Positions 56,302 through 64,000 of a stretch of 64,000 nt of DNA are shown here, piece by piece (the stretch's first letter is position 1; each line of letters starts with the position of its first letter). The notes beneath the pieces were generated by a model, which worked only from the letters and a program-made list of their open reading frames with translations, was not told the DNA's origin and searched no databases. This DNA comes from Dehalococcoidia bacterium (GTDB lineage Bacteria; Chloroflexota; Dehalococcoidia; Plut-88900). The stretch covers positions 800,001-864,000 of the forward strand of contig OZ240215.1 in NCBI GenBank assembly GCA_965197585.1, in the 5' to 3' direction. The position numbers and the translations under genes were made by a program.

Positions 56302-57414
56302 CTAGTAGAGGCTTAGCTGACGCTCGGTAAGATGGTCGCCCATCTTCTCCTTGATCTGGTCGAAGGCCTCGAGGTTCCACTCGCTGACCAGGGTGACTGC
56401 GGTTCCGGGCCGACCCATGCGGCTGGTGCGGCCGATTCGGTGGACGTAGTCCTCGACATTGTCAGGCATGTCGAAGTTGATGACGCACTTGATAGAGGGG
56501 ACGTCCAGGCCGCGGGCGGCCACGTTGGTGGCGACGAGAAGCTTGGGCCGACCTTGGCGAAAGCCTCGCATTACCGAGTCCCGCTCGCCTTGTGGCAACC
56601 CGCCGTGGATGCCACGGCAATCGTAGCCGCGCCGGTTGAGCTCGTTGGCGAGGCGATCAACACGGGTCTGCATTCTACAGAAGATGATGGAGTGGTCCTG
56701 GGTGTCGGGGTCTCCGAGGACTTCCAGGAGGCCGGCCAGCTTGTCCCGCTCGGCGACCTCGCAGTAGAGCTGTTCGGTCTCGGGGACGGTCTCAATAGCC
56801 TCGCCGATGCGGACCCAGACGGGATCCTTTAGGTGATAGTAGATGAGGCGGCGGATAAAGGTGGGAACGGTGGCTGAGAATAGGGCAGTCTGTCGGGCCC
56901 TGGGCGTGCGTCGGAGGATCTTGATCATGTCCTGGGCGAAGCCGATGTCAAGCATCTCGTCGGCTTCGTCGAGGACGGCGAACCTGACCTGAGAGAGGTC
57001 GATAGTGCCGCGGGTGAGGTGGTCGATGACCCGGCCCGGGGTGCCGACAATGATATGGGCGCCTCTATCAAGGGCTCGGAACTGCCGTGCGATGGGTTCG
57101 CCGCCGTAGATGGGTACGACGTGAATACCGGCGTAGGCGGCAAGGCGGTTGACCTCTCCGGTGACCTGGAGGGCGAGCTCGCGGGTGGGAACCAGGACGA
57201 GGCCCTGTATACGGTTTAGGTCAGGGTCAACGGCCTCGATCATGGGCAGGCCGAAGGCGGTAGTCTTGCCGCTTCCGGTCTGTGCCTGCCCGACCAAGTC
57301 CTTCCGTTCGAAGAGAATCGGCGCTGTCTTTTCCTGGATGGGGGTGGGACTGGTGTATCCCATCTCGGATAGGGCGCGGAGGATGGGTGCGGAGACGGGA
57401 ATGTTGCCGAACAA
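56302..57414 (-). CDS. DEAD-box RNA helicase
   Basis: Q motif PTPIQ, AQTGSGKT, PTRELA, DEAD, SAT, HRIGRTSR. Confidence 0.95.
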   Translation of the reverse strand: MFGNIPVSAPILRALSEMGYTSPTPIQEKTAPILFERKDLVGQAQTGSGKTTAFGLPMIEAVDPDLNRIQGLVLVPTRELALQVTGEVNRLAAYAGIHVVPIYGGEPIARQFRALDRGAHIIVGTPGRVIDHLTRGTIDLSQVRFAVLDEADEMLDIGFAQDMIKILRRTPRARQTALFSATVPTFIRRLIYYHLKDPVWVRIGEAIETVPETEQLYCEVAERDKLAGLLEVLGDPDTQDHSIIFCRMQTRVDRLANELNRRGYDCRGIHGGLPQGERDSVMRGFRQGRPKLLVATNVAARGLDVPSIKCVINFDMPDNVEDYVHRIGRTSRMGRPGTAVTLVSEWNLEAFDQIKEKMGDHLTERQLSLY

Positions 57415-57691
57415 TCCGGATGGACCCTCAATCCGAGGGGTGGGGGGTGGGGCTCCGTTTAACTCACGCCCGTTGGGCTGAGGGGAGTGGGGACGGGGGC
57501 GATTCCTGTCATATCGGGGACGACCGGAGGGGCCGGAACGCTTGCGGGTAGTGGTGATGGGTCGATGTCCTGGAGGTGATATATTTATTTCTACTAGACA
57601 TATGATACACGGGGATGTGGGTGGTGTCCAATTTTAGAATGACGACGACTAGGAAATGCATGAACATTGAACATGAGCTAGGAGTAAAACC

Positions 57692-58279
57692 TTGGACCCG
57701 ATAGATGAGATTGTTTCGGAGAGAGAGAAGGCACGGGAGAGGGGGGATTTGAATGCTAACGTTTGCTTTTTGGCTACGGTGTCGGAGGACGGGGGTGGGG
57801 CGGTGCGGGCGATATCCCTCCGGGACGTCGACCACCGAGGATTTGGGCTTCTGCTAAATGGCCTGAGCGTGAAATGGGCAGAACTGGAGTCGGGGCGGGG
57901 GTTCGAGTTGCTAATCTACTGGCCGACGGTGTCTCGTCAGTACCGCGTCAGGGGTCGGATGGAACCGATGGAAGAAGAGGAGACGCGTCGGTTCTGGAGC
58001 TACAAGAGCCACGGGTCCAAGTTGCTGGAGATGTACTACCCGACCTTCGAACCGCAGACCACCGTTGTGCCGTCTCGGGAGCACCTGGTTGCGGGAATCG
58101 AGGAGTTGGAAAAGCAGTATCCCGACAAGGATAACATTCCTCTGCCTGCGTCGCTGAAGGGGGTGTACGTGGTGCCGGATCAGATCGAGACCTGGCACTC
58201 GGGGGAGGGACGGCTTCACGACCGGCACCGCTACACCAAGACGGAGGATGGGTGGAAAGACGAGGTGTTGGTGCCTTAA
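57692..58279 (+). CDS. Pyridoxamine 5'-phosphate oxidase family protein
   Basis: FLATVS, RQYRVRG, RLHDRHRY...W...LVP. Confidence 0.85.
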   Translation: MDPIDEIVSEREKARERGDLNANVCFLATVSEDGGGAVRAISLRDVDHRGFGLLLNGLSVKWAELESGRGFELLIYWPTVSRQYRVRGRMEPMEEEETRRFWSYKSHGSKLLEMYYPTFEPQTTVVPSREHLVAGIEELEKQYPDKDNIPLPASLKGVYVVPDQIETWHSGEGRLHDRHRYTKTEDGWKDEVLVP

Positions 58280-59238
58280 CGGGCAATGGCGGACAGGTTG
58301 ACGCAGTTGATAGGCGGAAGCCCCGAGCGGATACGCTCGACGTTGCCTGCGAGGCCCTTTGCGATCTCGTCGTAAGAAGTGTCCGTAACACCGGCGACGT
58401 GGGGTGTGGCAATTACGTTGTAGTCAAAGATGGCGTCCGAGGGGTCGACAGGTTCCTGCCAGAAGACATCGAGGCCCGCGCCGGCTATGTGACCCGAGGC
58501 CAGGGCTTTGACCAGAGCGTCGTGGTCGATGACGGCGCCCCGCCCGACATTGACGATGTAGGAGCCGCTTTTCATCTGCTCAAATTCGTTCCTGCCGATG
58601 ATAGAGCGGGTCTCGGGGGTGAGGGGCAGGGCGAGGATTAGGAAGTCGGAACGGGAGAGGACGATGGGCAAGTCGGAGGGGCCGCCGAGGAAAGTCAGGG
58701 CTAGGTCCGGGTCGAGGCCGGTGGTGGGGTCGCGCTTGATGCCCAAGAGGGTGACCTCGAATGGTTTCAGGCGTCGGGCCAGGGCTTTGCCGATAGTCCC
58801 CATCCCCAGGATGCCGACTGTCTTGCCTCGCAGACTTATGCCTTGCGGTTGGCCCCAGACGCCGGCCTGAAGAGAAGCGCGTGCCTGGGGATATTTCCGG
58901 GCTAAGGCTAGCATTAGAAAGATGGCGAGTTCTGCCACCGAGATCGTGTTGCTCGTGGCCAGGGAGCCGGGCACGTTGGCGACGTAAATGCCCCGGTCGG
59001 TGGCTGCATCTATGTCCACGCCCTCCAGGCCGATCCCGAACTGGTTAATCAAGCGAGCCTGCGTGGCGTCCATGACCTCAGGGCCGACGCGGTGCATCGC
59101 CGGGATGATGACGTTGGCGTTCGGAAGATGGCGAGGCAGATCAGGGATGGCGGAGGGGATGATGTTGTCGGACGGGAGGTACTTTTGCAGGGCATTGACG
59201 ACTGCTGGGAAGCCGTCGCTGCAGATGAGGATATCCAT
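58276..59238 (-). CDS. D-2-hydroxyacid dehydrogenase
   Basis: GILGMGTIG, NVGRG, GLDVFWQEP, TPHVAG. Confidence 0.93.
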   Translation of the reverse strand: MDILICSDGFPAVVNALQKYLPSDNIIPSAIPDLPRHLPNANVIIPAMHRVGPEVMDATQARLINQFGIGLEGVDIDAATDRGIYVANVPGSLATSNTISVAELAIFLMLALARKYPQARASLQAGVWGQPQGISLRGKTVGILGMGTIGKALARRLKPFEVTLLGIKRDPTTGLDPDLALTFLGGPSDLPIVLSRSDFLILALPLTPETRSIIGRNEFEQMKSGSYIVNVGRGAVIDHDALVKALASGHIAGAGLDVFWQEPVDPSDAIFDYNVIATPHVAGVTDTSYDEIAKGLAGNVERIRSGLPPINCVNLSAIAR

Positions 59239-59256
59239 GGATCGGTTAGTCCCGTG

Positions 59257-60393
59257 CTAGGACAGGCCGTATAGCTCGGCGGCATTATCGCCCAAGACAC
59301 GGGCCTGGGTATCCTCCGGCAGGGAGGCGATGTTTTCCTTCAATTCGTCCAGGGCCCCGGCCTCACCCTCGGTGTGGGGGTAGTCGGAGCCCCACATGAA
59401 TCGGTCGGCCCCGACGAAATTGATGGTATAAGCGGCGGTCCTTTCATCAGGGTCTACAACGATCCAGCATTGGCGCTTGAAATACTCGGAAGGGCGCATC
59501 TTGAGAGGCGTGGTGAAGCCTATCTTGTCGTAGAAGCCGTCCATCCTGTCAAGCCAGTAGGGCAGCCAGCCCGAGCCTGTCTCGACAACAGCGATTTTCA
59601 GCTCAGGGAATCTTTCAAATAGGCCGCCCTGGAAGAGGCTGGTGAAAGCGATTAGAACGTCACCCATGTCAGTGACCAGGAACCACCAGAAGGGAGCGGT
59701 GTATGCCCTGGGATAGAGGTCTCCCCCGACACCGTGAACGTTGCCGGTAACGTGGAGACTTATAGGTACGCCCAGGTCTTCGGCCGTGCCCCAGAAACGG
59801 TCATAGTGCGGTTCGCCGTAGGGAATGCCATTGAACGGTACGACGGGCGGGTATGCGCCCTTCATGCCCTTGGTCTCAGTCCTGACGAGCTCCTTTACGC
59901 CTTCCTCCACGTCCAACAGTGAAACGTGGGCGACCGGAAGTAGGCGGTCGGCATGGCCGGAACAGAAGTCGATCAGCCAGTTGTTGTAGGCCCTGGAATA
60001 AGCGGCAGACAGGATGGGGTCTCGGCAGTCCTGGGGCCAGTCAAGCCCAAGGGATGGGTACAGGAGAGTCTTGTCGGAGCCCTCCGAGTCCAGCCATTTG
60101 ACCCGCGCGTCGGGGTCGCCTGAGGCTGGGGCGTCGGCGCGTGCCTCTTCATATGGAACAGCGCCGGGGGTGAGGAAATGCTCCAGGTCGGTTCGTCCTG
60201 CTCCTGCTATGTTGGCGAGCATTCCCCCTCGAACCCCGGAGGCGGGTTTGCCGTCGACTTCCAGGTATTCCAGTCCCTGGGAGTCGGTCTTTATGCGCAT
60301 GGCGCGTTCCTGGAGCTCGGGTTCGAGATATTGGAGCCAAAGATCGGGAGGTTCGAGAATGTGACTGTCGGCGTCTATGATCTTGGTGGTCAT
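59257..60393 (-). CDS. Amidohydrolase family protein
   Basis: IDADSHI, SLH, WGSDYPH. Confidence 0.92.
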   Translation of the reverse strand: MTTKIIDADSHILEPPDLWLQYLEPELQERAMRIKTDSQGLEYLEVDGKPASGVRGGMLANIAGAGRTDLEHFLTPGAVPYEEARADAPASGDPDARVKWLDSEGSDKTLLYPSLGLDWPQDCRDPILSAAYSRAYNNWLIDFCSGHADRLLPVAHVSLLDVEEGVKELVRTETKGMKGAYPPVVPFNGIPYGEPHYDRFWGTAEDLGVPISLHVTGNVHGVGGDLYPRAYTAPFWWFLVTDMGDVLIAFTSLFQGGLFERFPELKIAVVETGSGWLPYWLDRMDGFYDKIGFTTPLKMRPSEYFKRQCWIVVDPDERTAAYTINFVGADRFMWGSDYPHTEGEAGALDELKENIASLPEDTQARVLGDNAAELYGLS

Positions 60394-60626
60394 TAGCGGG
60401 ATCCTTAGTTTTGTGGGTATGCGAGTCGATTCTTAGAGTCGAGACAAACGTAATCGTAGGGAGGGGTGGGGGGATATGTCAACGGGAGCGTGGATATATA
60501 GTCAGGCATGTCTGATATGGCCGTTTGTTATTCGACGGGCCCAGGATTAACGGGTTGATTAGGTGCCGGGACATCGGTGTTACGATGTGGTTTGGGCGTG
60601 CTAAAATCTCTCACTAGCGAGCCACC

Positions 60627-61358
60627 ATGCCTGTCGACAAAGTATATTCAGACACCAAATCCGCAGTCTCCGACATTCCGGACGGCGTTACCGTGCTGAT
60701 TGGCGGATTCAGCAGTATAGGTGGACACCCGGGTCACCTGCTTGTGGCGCTGCGAGACCATGGCGCCAAGAATCTGACCATCGTGAGCAACAGCATGGGA
60801 GTGGGATCTCCTTCGCCGAAGGTGGACAGGCCGAGGGGCTTCGCCGACGTGTCGGTGTTGGTGAGTAACGGCCAGGTGGCGAAGGGGATATCGTCATTTC
60901 CGGTGTCGCCATCACCTTCAAGTCCCTCACCGTTCGAGACCCTGTTAAAGGAAGGGAAGGCCGAGGTGGAGGTGCTGCCGCAGGGTACGATGACCGAGAG
61001 GATGAGGATTGCGGCGGCGGGGCTGGGGGGATTCTACACGCGTGTCGGGGTTGGGACTGTGGTGGAGGAAGGCAAGGAGAAACGGCTGTTTGACGGCGAA
61101 GAGTACATCCTGGAGTCGCCATTACGTGGGGACTTTGCCTTTATACACGCTCATAAGGCAGACCGGATGGGAAACTTGGTGTACAAGGGCACCTCCCGTA
61201 ACTTCAACCCGATAATGGCCGCGGCCGCGCGCATCACAATCGTGGAGGCGGAGGAGGTGGTGGAGATCGGGGAGCTTGATCCTGAGGAGATAGTGACACC
61301 CGGGGTGTACGTGCAAAGAGTCGTACACGTGCCGGAGTCGAGGGTCAGGATTGGCTGA
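60627..61358 (+). CDS. 3-oxoacid CoA-transferase subunit A
   Basis: DGVTVLIGGF, PQGTMTER, KADRMGNL. Confidence 0.92.
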   Translation: MPVDKVYSDTKSAVSDIPDGVTVLIGGFSSIGGHPGHLLVALRDHGAKNLTIVSNSMGVGSPSPKVDRPRGFADVSVLVSNGQVAKGISSFPVSPSPSSPSPFETLLKEGKAEVEVLPQGTMTERMRIAAAGLGGFYTRVGVGTVVEEGKEKRLFDGEEYILESPLRGDFAFIHAHKADRMGNLVYKGTSRNFNPIMAAAARITIVEAEEVVEIGELDPEEIVTPGVYVQRVVHVPESRVRIG

Positions 61359-62022
61359 GATGAAACAAAAGCTCGATAGGACGACCATTGCACTCCGCGT
61401 GGCGCGGGAGTTCAAGGACGGGGACGTCGTTAACCTTGGCGCGGGCATCCCGACTCTGTGCTCCAACTTTCTGCCGGAAGGCCGGAAGGTGTGGCTGCAT
61501 TCGGAGAACGGGGTGTTGGGATACGGTCCGCTGGCGGGGCCGGATGAGCGAGACCCTAACCTGATCAATGCCGGGACTCAGTTCATAACGGCTACGCCGG
61601 GTATCTCCTTCTTCAGTTCCGCAGACGCATTCAACATGATCAGGGGCGGGCACGTAGACATAACGGTGCTGGGCGCATTCCAGGTCTCGGAAAAGGGAGA
61701 CCTGGCGAATTGGATACTGCCGGATCGAGGCTCCGGGAACATAGGCGGCGCGATGGAGCTGGTGACGGGAGCCAAGAAGTTGATAGTGGCCATGGAGCAC
61801 ACAACCCGCGACGGTGAGCCTAAGCTGGTGGAAAAATGCGATTACCTCCTGACCGGTGTGGGTTGTGTAAACCTGGTGGTAACCGATCTGGCTGTGGTTG
61901 AAGTCACGGAGGAAGGATTCATGTTGCTGGAGACGGCTCCTGGCTACAGCGCCGAGGATATTCAATCGGTAACCGAGGCCCGACTGAATGTCAGCGAAAA
62001 GTTGAAAGAGGTCCAGATTTGA
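61351..62022 (+). CDS. 3-oxoacid CoA-transferase subunit B
   Basis: VNLGAGIPT, catalytic SENG, GGAMEL. Confidence 0.92.
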   Translation: MAEMKQKLDRTTIALRVAREFKDGDVVNLGAGIPTLCSNFLPEGRKVWLHSENGVLGYGPLAGPDERDPNLINAGTQFITATPGISFFSSADAFNMIRGGHVDITVLGAFQVSEKGDLANWILPDRGSGNIGGAMELVTGAKKLIVAMEHTTRDGEPKLVEKCDYLLTGVGCVNLVVTDLAVVEVTEEGFMLLETAPGYSAEDIQSVTEARLNVSEKLKEVQI

Positions 62023-62771
62023 CCCTGGCCAAGCTCCGGGGCCGGCCCCGAACCGACAAGGTCTTCGTAACCTTCGCGGAGGCCGTTGCCGACATTCCCG
62101 ACGGCTCGATGGTGATTATCGGGCACTTTGGTGGACCTGGCGGGATGCCAATGCTCTTGCTGCGGGCACTTAGGGACCACGGAGCGCGAGACCTGACCAT
62201 TGTCGGGAACACGGCCGGGATAGGGGTGGTGTTCGGGGCTAAGCGGGAGGCGCTGCGGATAGACCCGGGCGTGCTAGTGGAAAACGGTCAGGTGTCGAAG
62301 GCTATAGTGTCGTACCCGATAGCGCCGGGTGCGCCGCAGCCGAACCCTCTGGAGGACGGGGTCAAAGCGGGAACTATAGAGATAGAGATGAACCCGCAGG
62401 GAATCTTGGCGGAGCGGATCCGCGCCGGAGGCGCTGGCATTGCGGCGTTCTGGTCGCCGGTGGGTGTTGGGACGGTGGTGTCCGAGGGTAAGGAGACGAG
62501 GACGATAGACGGGGTGCAATACATCCTGGAACACGCTATTAAGGCAGACTTCTCGCTGATTCGGGCGCACAAGGCGGACAAAGCAGGGAACCTGGTCTAC
62601 CGAGGCAACATGAGGCACTTCAACGTTTCCTCGGCGACTGCGGCCCGGGTCACGATTGCCGAGGTGGACGATATTGTAGAGATTGGCGAGCTTGACCCCG
62701 ACCGGATTGTGACCCCCGGGATCTACGTGGACAGGATAGTTCGCAGGCCCAGGGAATTCAGGGGAAAGTAG
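62019..62771 (+). CDS. 3-oxoacid CoA-transferase subunit A (second copy)
   Basis: PQGILAERIRAGG, KADKAGNL, TPGIYVDR. Confidence 0.9.
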   Translation: MTLAKLRGRPRTDKVFVTFAEAVADIPDGSMVIIGHFGGPGGMPMLLLRALRDHGARDLTIVGNTAGIGVVFGAKREALRIDPGVLVENGQVSKAIVSYPIAPGAPQPNPLEDGVKAGTIEIEMNPQGILAERIRAGGAGIAAFWSPVGVGTVVSEGKETRTIDGVQYILEHAIKADFSLIRAHKADKAGNLVYRGNMRHFNVSSATAARVTIAEVDDIVEIGELDPDRIVTPGIYVDRIVRRPREFRGK

Positions 62772-62775
62772 GCGA

Positions 62776-63435
62776 ATGTTCAGGCTGGACCGCGAGGCCA
62801 TAGCTCTCAGGGTCGCAAAGGAATTCCGCGACGGTGACATAGTGAACCTGGGTATCGGGATTCCGACGCTGGCGGCAAACTACATACCGGAAGGTCGGAC
62901 GGTGTGGTTCCACACGGAGAATGGGGCGGTCGGGTTCGGGGGTTCGCCGCCGGAGGGCGAGGAAGACATACACATGACCAACGCCGGTGGGGGCTTCGTG
63001 ACTGCACTGCCGGGGATGAGTGTATTCGACACCGTGGAAGCATTCACGATAGTCAGGGGCGGTTACCTGGACATCACGGTGCTTGGGGCAATGCAGGTGT
63101 CGGAAAAGGGTGACCTGGCGAACTGGCTGAGGCCCGGCCGGCTGATAGGCGGCATTGGCGGTGCAATGGACATCGTGGCGGGGGCAAAACGTGTGATAGC
63201 GGCCATGGAACACACGGACAAGAAGGGCACCCCGAAAATCGTGAGGGAGTGTACATCTCCGCTCACGGCAGTACGGTGCGTGAACATGATCATAACGGAC
63301 ATGGCTGTGATAGAAGTTGGAGAGGATGGGCTGATGTTGACGGAGCACGCTCCGGGCCTGAGTGTCGAGGATATTCAGTCGGTGACGGATGCCCCACTCA
63401 AAGTCTCGGCCGACTTGAGGGAGATGGAGCTATAA
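62776..63435 (+). CDS. 3-oxoacid CoA-transferase subunit B (second copy)
   Basis: VNLGIGIPT, TENG, GGAMDI. Confidence 0.92.
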   Translation: MFRLDREAIALRVAKEFRDGDIVNLGIGIPTLAANYIPEGRTVWFHTENGAVGFGGSPPEGEEDIHMTNAGGGFVTALPGMSVFDTVEAFTIVRGGYLDITVLGAMQVSEKGDLANWLRPGRLIGGIGGAMDIVAGAKRVIAAMEHTDKKGTPKIVRECTSPLTAVRCVNMIITDMAVIEVGEDGLMLTEHAPGLSVEDIQSVTDAPLKVSADLREMEL

Positions 63436-63444
63436 GCGTCCGCG

Positions 63445-63473
63445 TTGACGCTTGTAATCGTCGCGCCTATAAT
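63445..63473 (+). promoter_or_regulatory. Sigma70-like promoter
   Basis: TTGACG-17 nt-TATAAT upstream of TPP-enzyme gene. Confidence 0.65.
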
Positions 63474-63613
63474 TCAGCCGACCGTGGCGAGGGGCCAGAT
63501 TTCGAGCAACTGTCTTCACGGTAGCTTGCCGCGCTGGCCTCTCGGTTTCAACGTTAATGGCATCGGGTGTAAGGCGCCTCGGTGACCGGGCAGTATATTC
63601 CAGGGAGGAAACA

Positions 63614-64000
63614 ATGGCCGACATTACAGGCAACAGGCTTCTGGCGAAGTCACTAAGGCACGAAGGCGTAACTCACCTCTTCTTCCTTTCAGGCGGACCG
63701 ATGGATAACTTCTATCTGGACGCCGAGAAAGAGGGCATCAAGTTATATGACACGCGGCACGAGCAGGCCGCAGCGATGATGGCCCACGCATGGAGCAGGG
63801 CAACCGGGGAGACCGGTGTGTGCGCAGCTTGCTCGGGTCCGGGGGCCACTAACCTGGTGACCGGAGTGGTAACCGCATTCACGGATGCTTGCCCGATAGT
63901 GGCACTGGGCGGGTCCAGCAACTCCAGCCTGACCGGCTGGGAGGACTTCCAGGAAATCGACCAGGTGAGTGTTTTTCGACCCATCACCAAGTGGTCGGGA
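63614..64000 (+). CDS. Thiamine-diphosphate enzyme (ALS/2-hydroxyacyl-CoA lyase family), truncated by window end
   Basis: GGAGG RBS; RHEQAAAMMAHAWSRATG, SGPGATN, FQEIDQ. Confidence 0.9.
   Translation, partial: MADITGNRLLAKSLRHEGVTHLFFLSGGPMDNFYLDAEKEGIKLYDTRHEQAAAMMAHAWSRATGETGVCAACSGPGATNLVTGVVTAFTDACPIVALGGSSNSSLTGWEDFQEIDQVSVFRPITKWSG

Noticed and set aside
63474-63613. TPP riboswitch upstream of the TPP enzyme
   Set aside because: No GCTGAGA or CCTGA...GCGTAGGGA core

Overview
The window has two parts. (1) 1-~29,870 is the right-hand portion of an integrative conjugative element (ICE) inserted at the 3' end of a tRNA-Ser(GGA) gene (29846-29937, minus strand). It carries a P4-type tyrosine integrase and AlpA-like excisionase, an ImmR/ImmA-like repressor/anti-repressor switch facing three tandem HTH genes, and a minimal monoderm-type conjugation operon (VirB6-like, two pilin-like proteins, an unusual PrgI fusion, VirB4, VirD4-like coupling protein, Replic_Relax-type relaxase, DUF3800). 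It also has a replication/ssDNA module (CHC2 primase, Rad52/22 annealing protein) and a visibly lower-GC ~9 kb cargo: HerA ATPase - NurA nuclease - N4-cytosine-type methyltransferase, convergent with a sacsin-type GHKL ATPase/DUF3883 nuclease. That cargo is the best candidate for an undescribed defence system. The left end of the ICE lies outside the window. (2) ~30,200-64,000 is host chromosome rich in catabolic paralogues (three luciferase-like monooxygenases, three amidohydrolases, CoA-transferases, ComDE-like decarboxylase, hydantoinase B, MFS transporters). It also contains a RelE-family TA module, an orphan HNH gene and a 1.4 kb non-coding region full of palindromes. The gene content suggests a Dehalococcoidia/SAR202-like Chloroflexota host (inference only). 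All calls come from reading motifs by eye; no database search was run.
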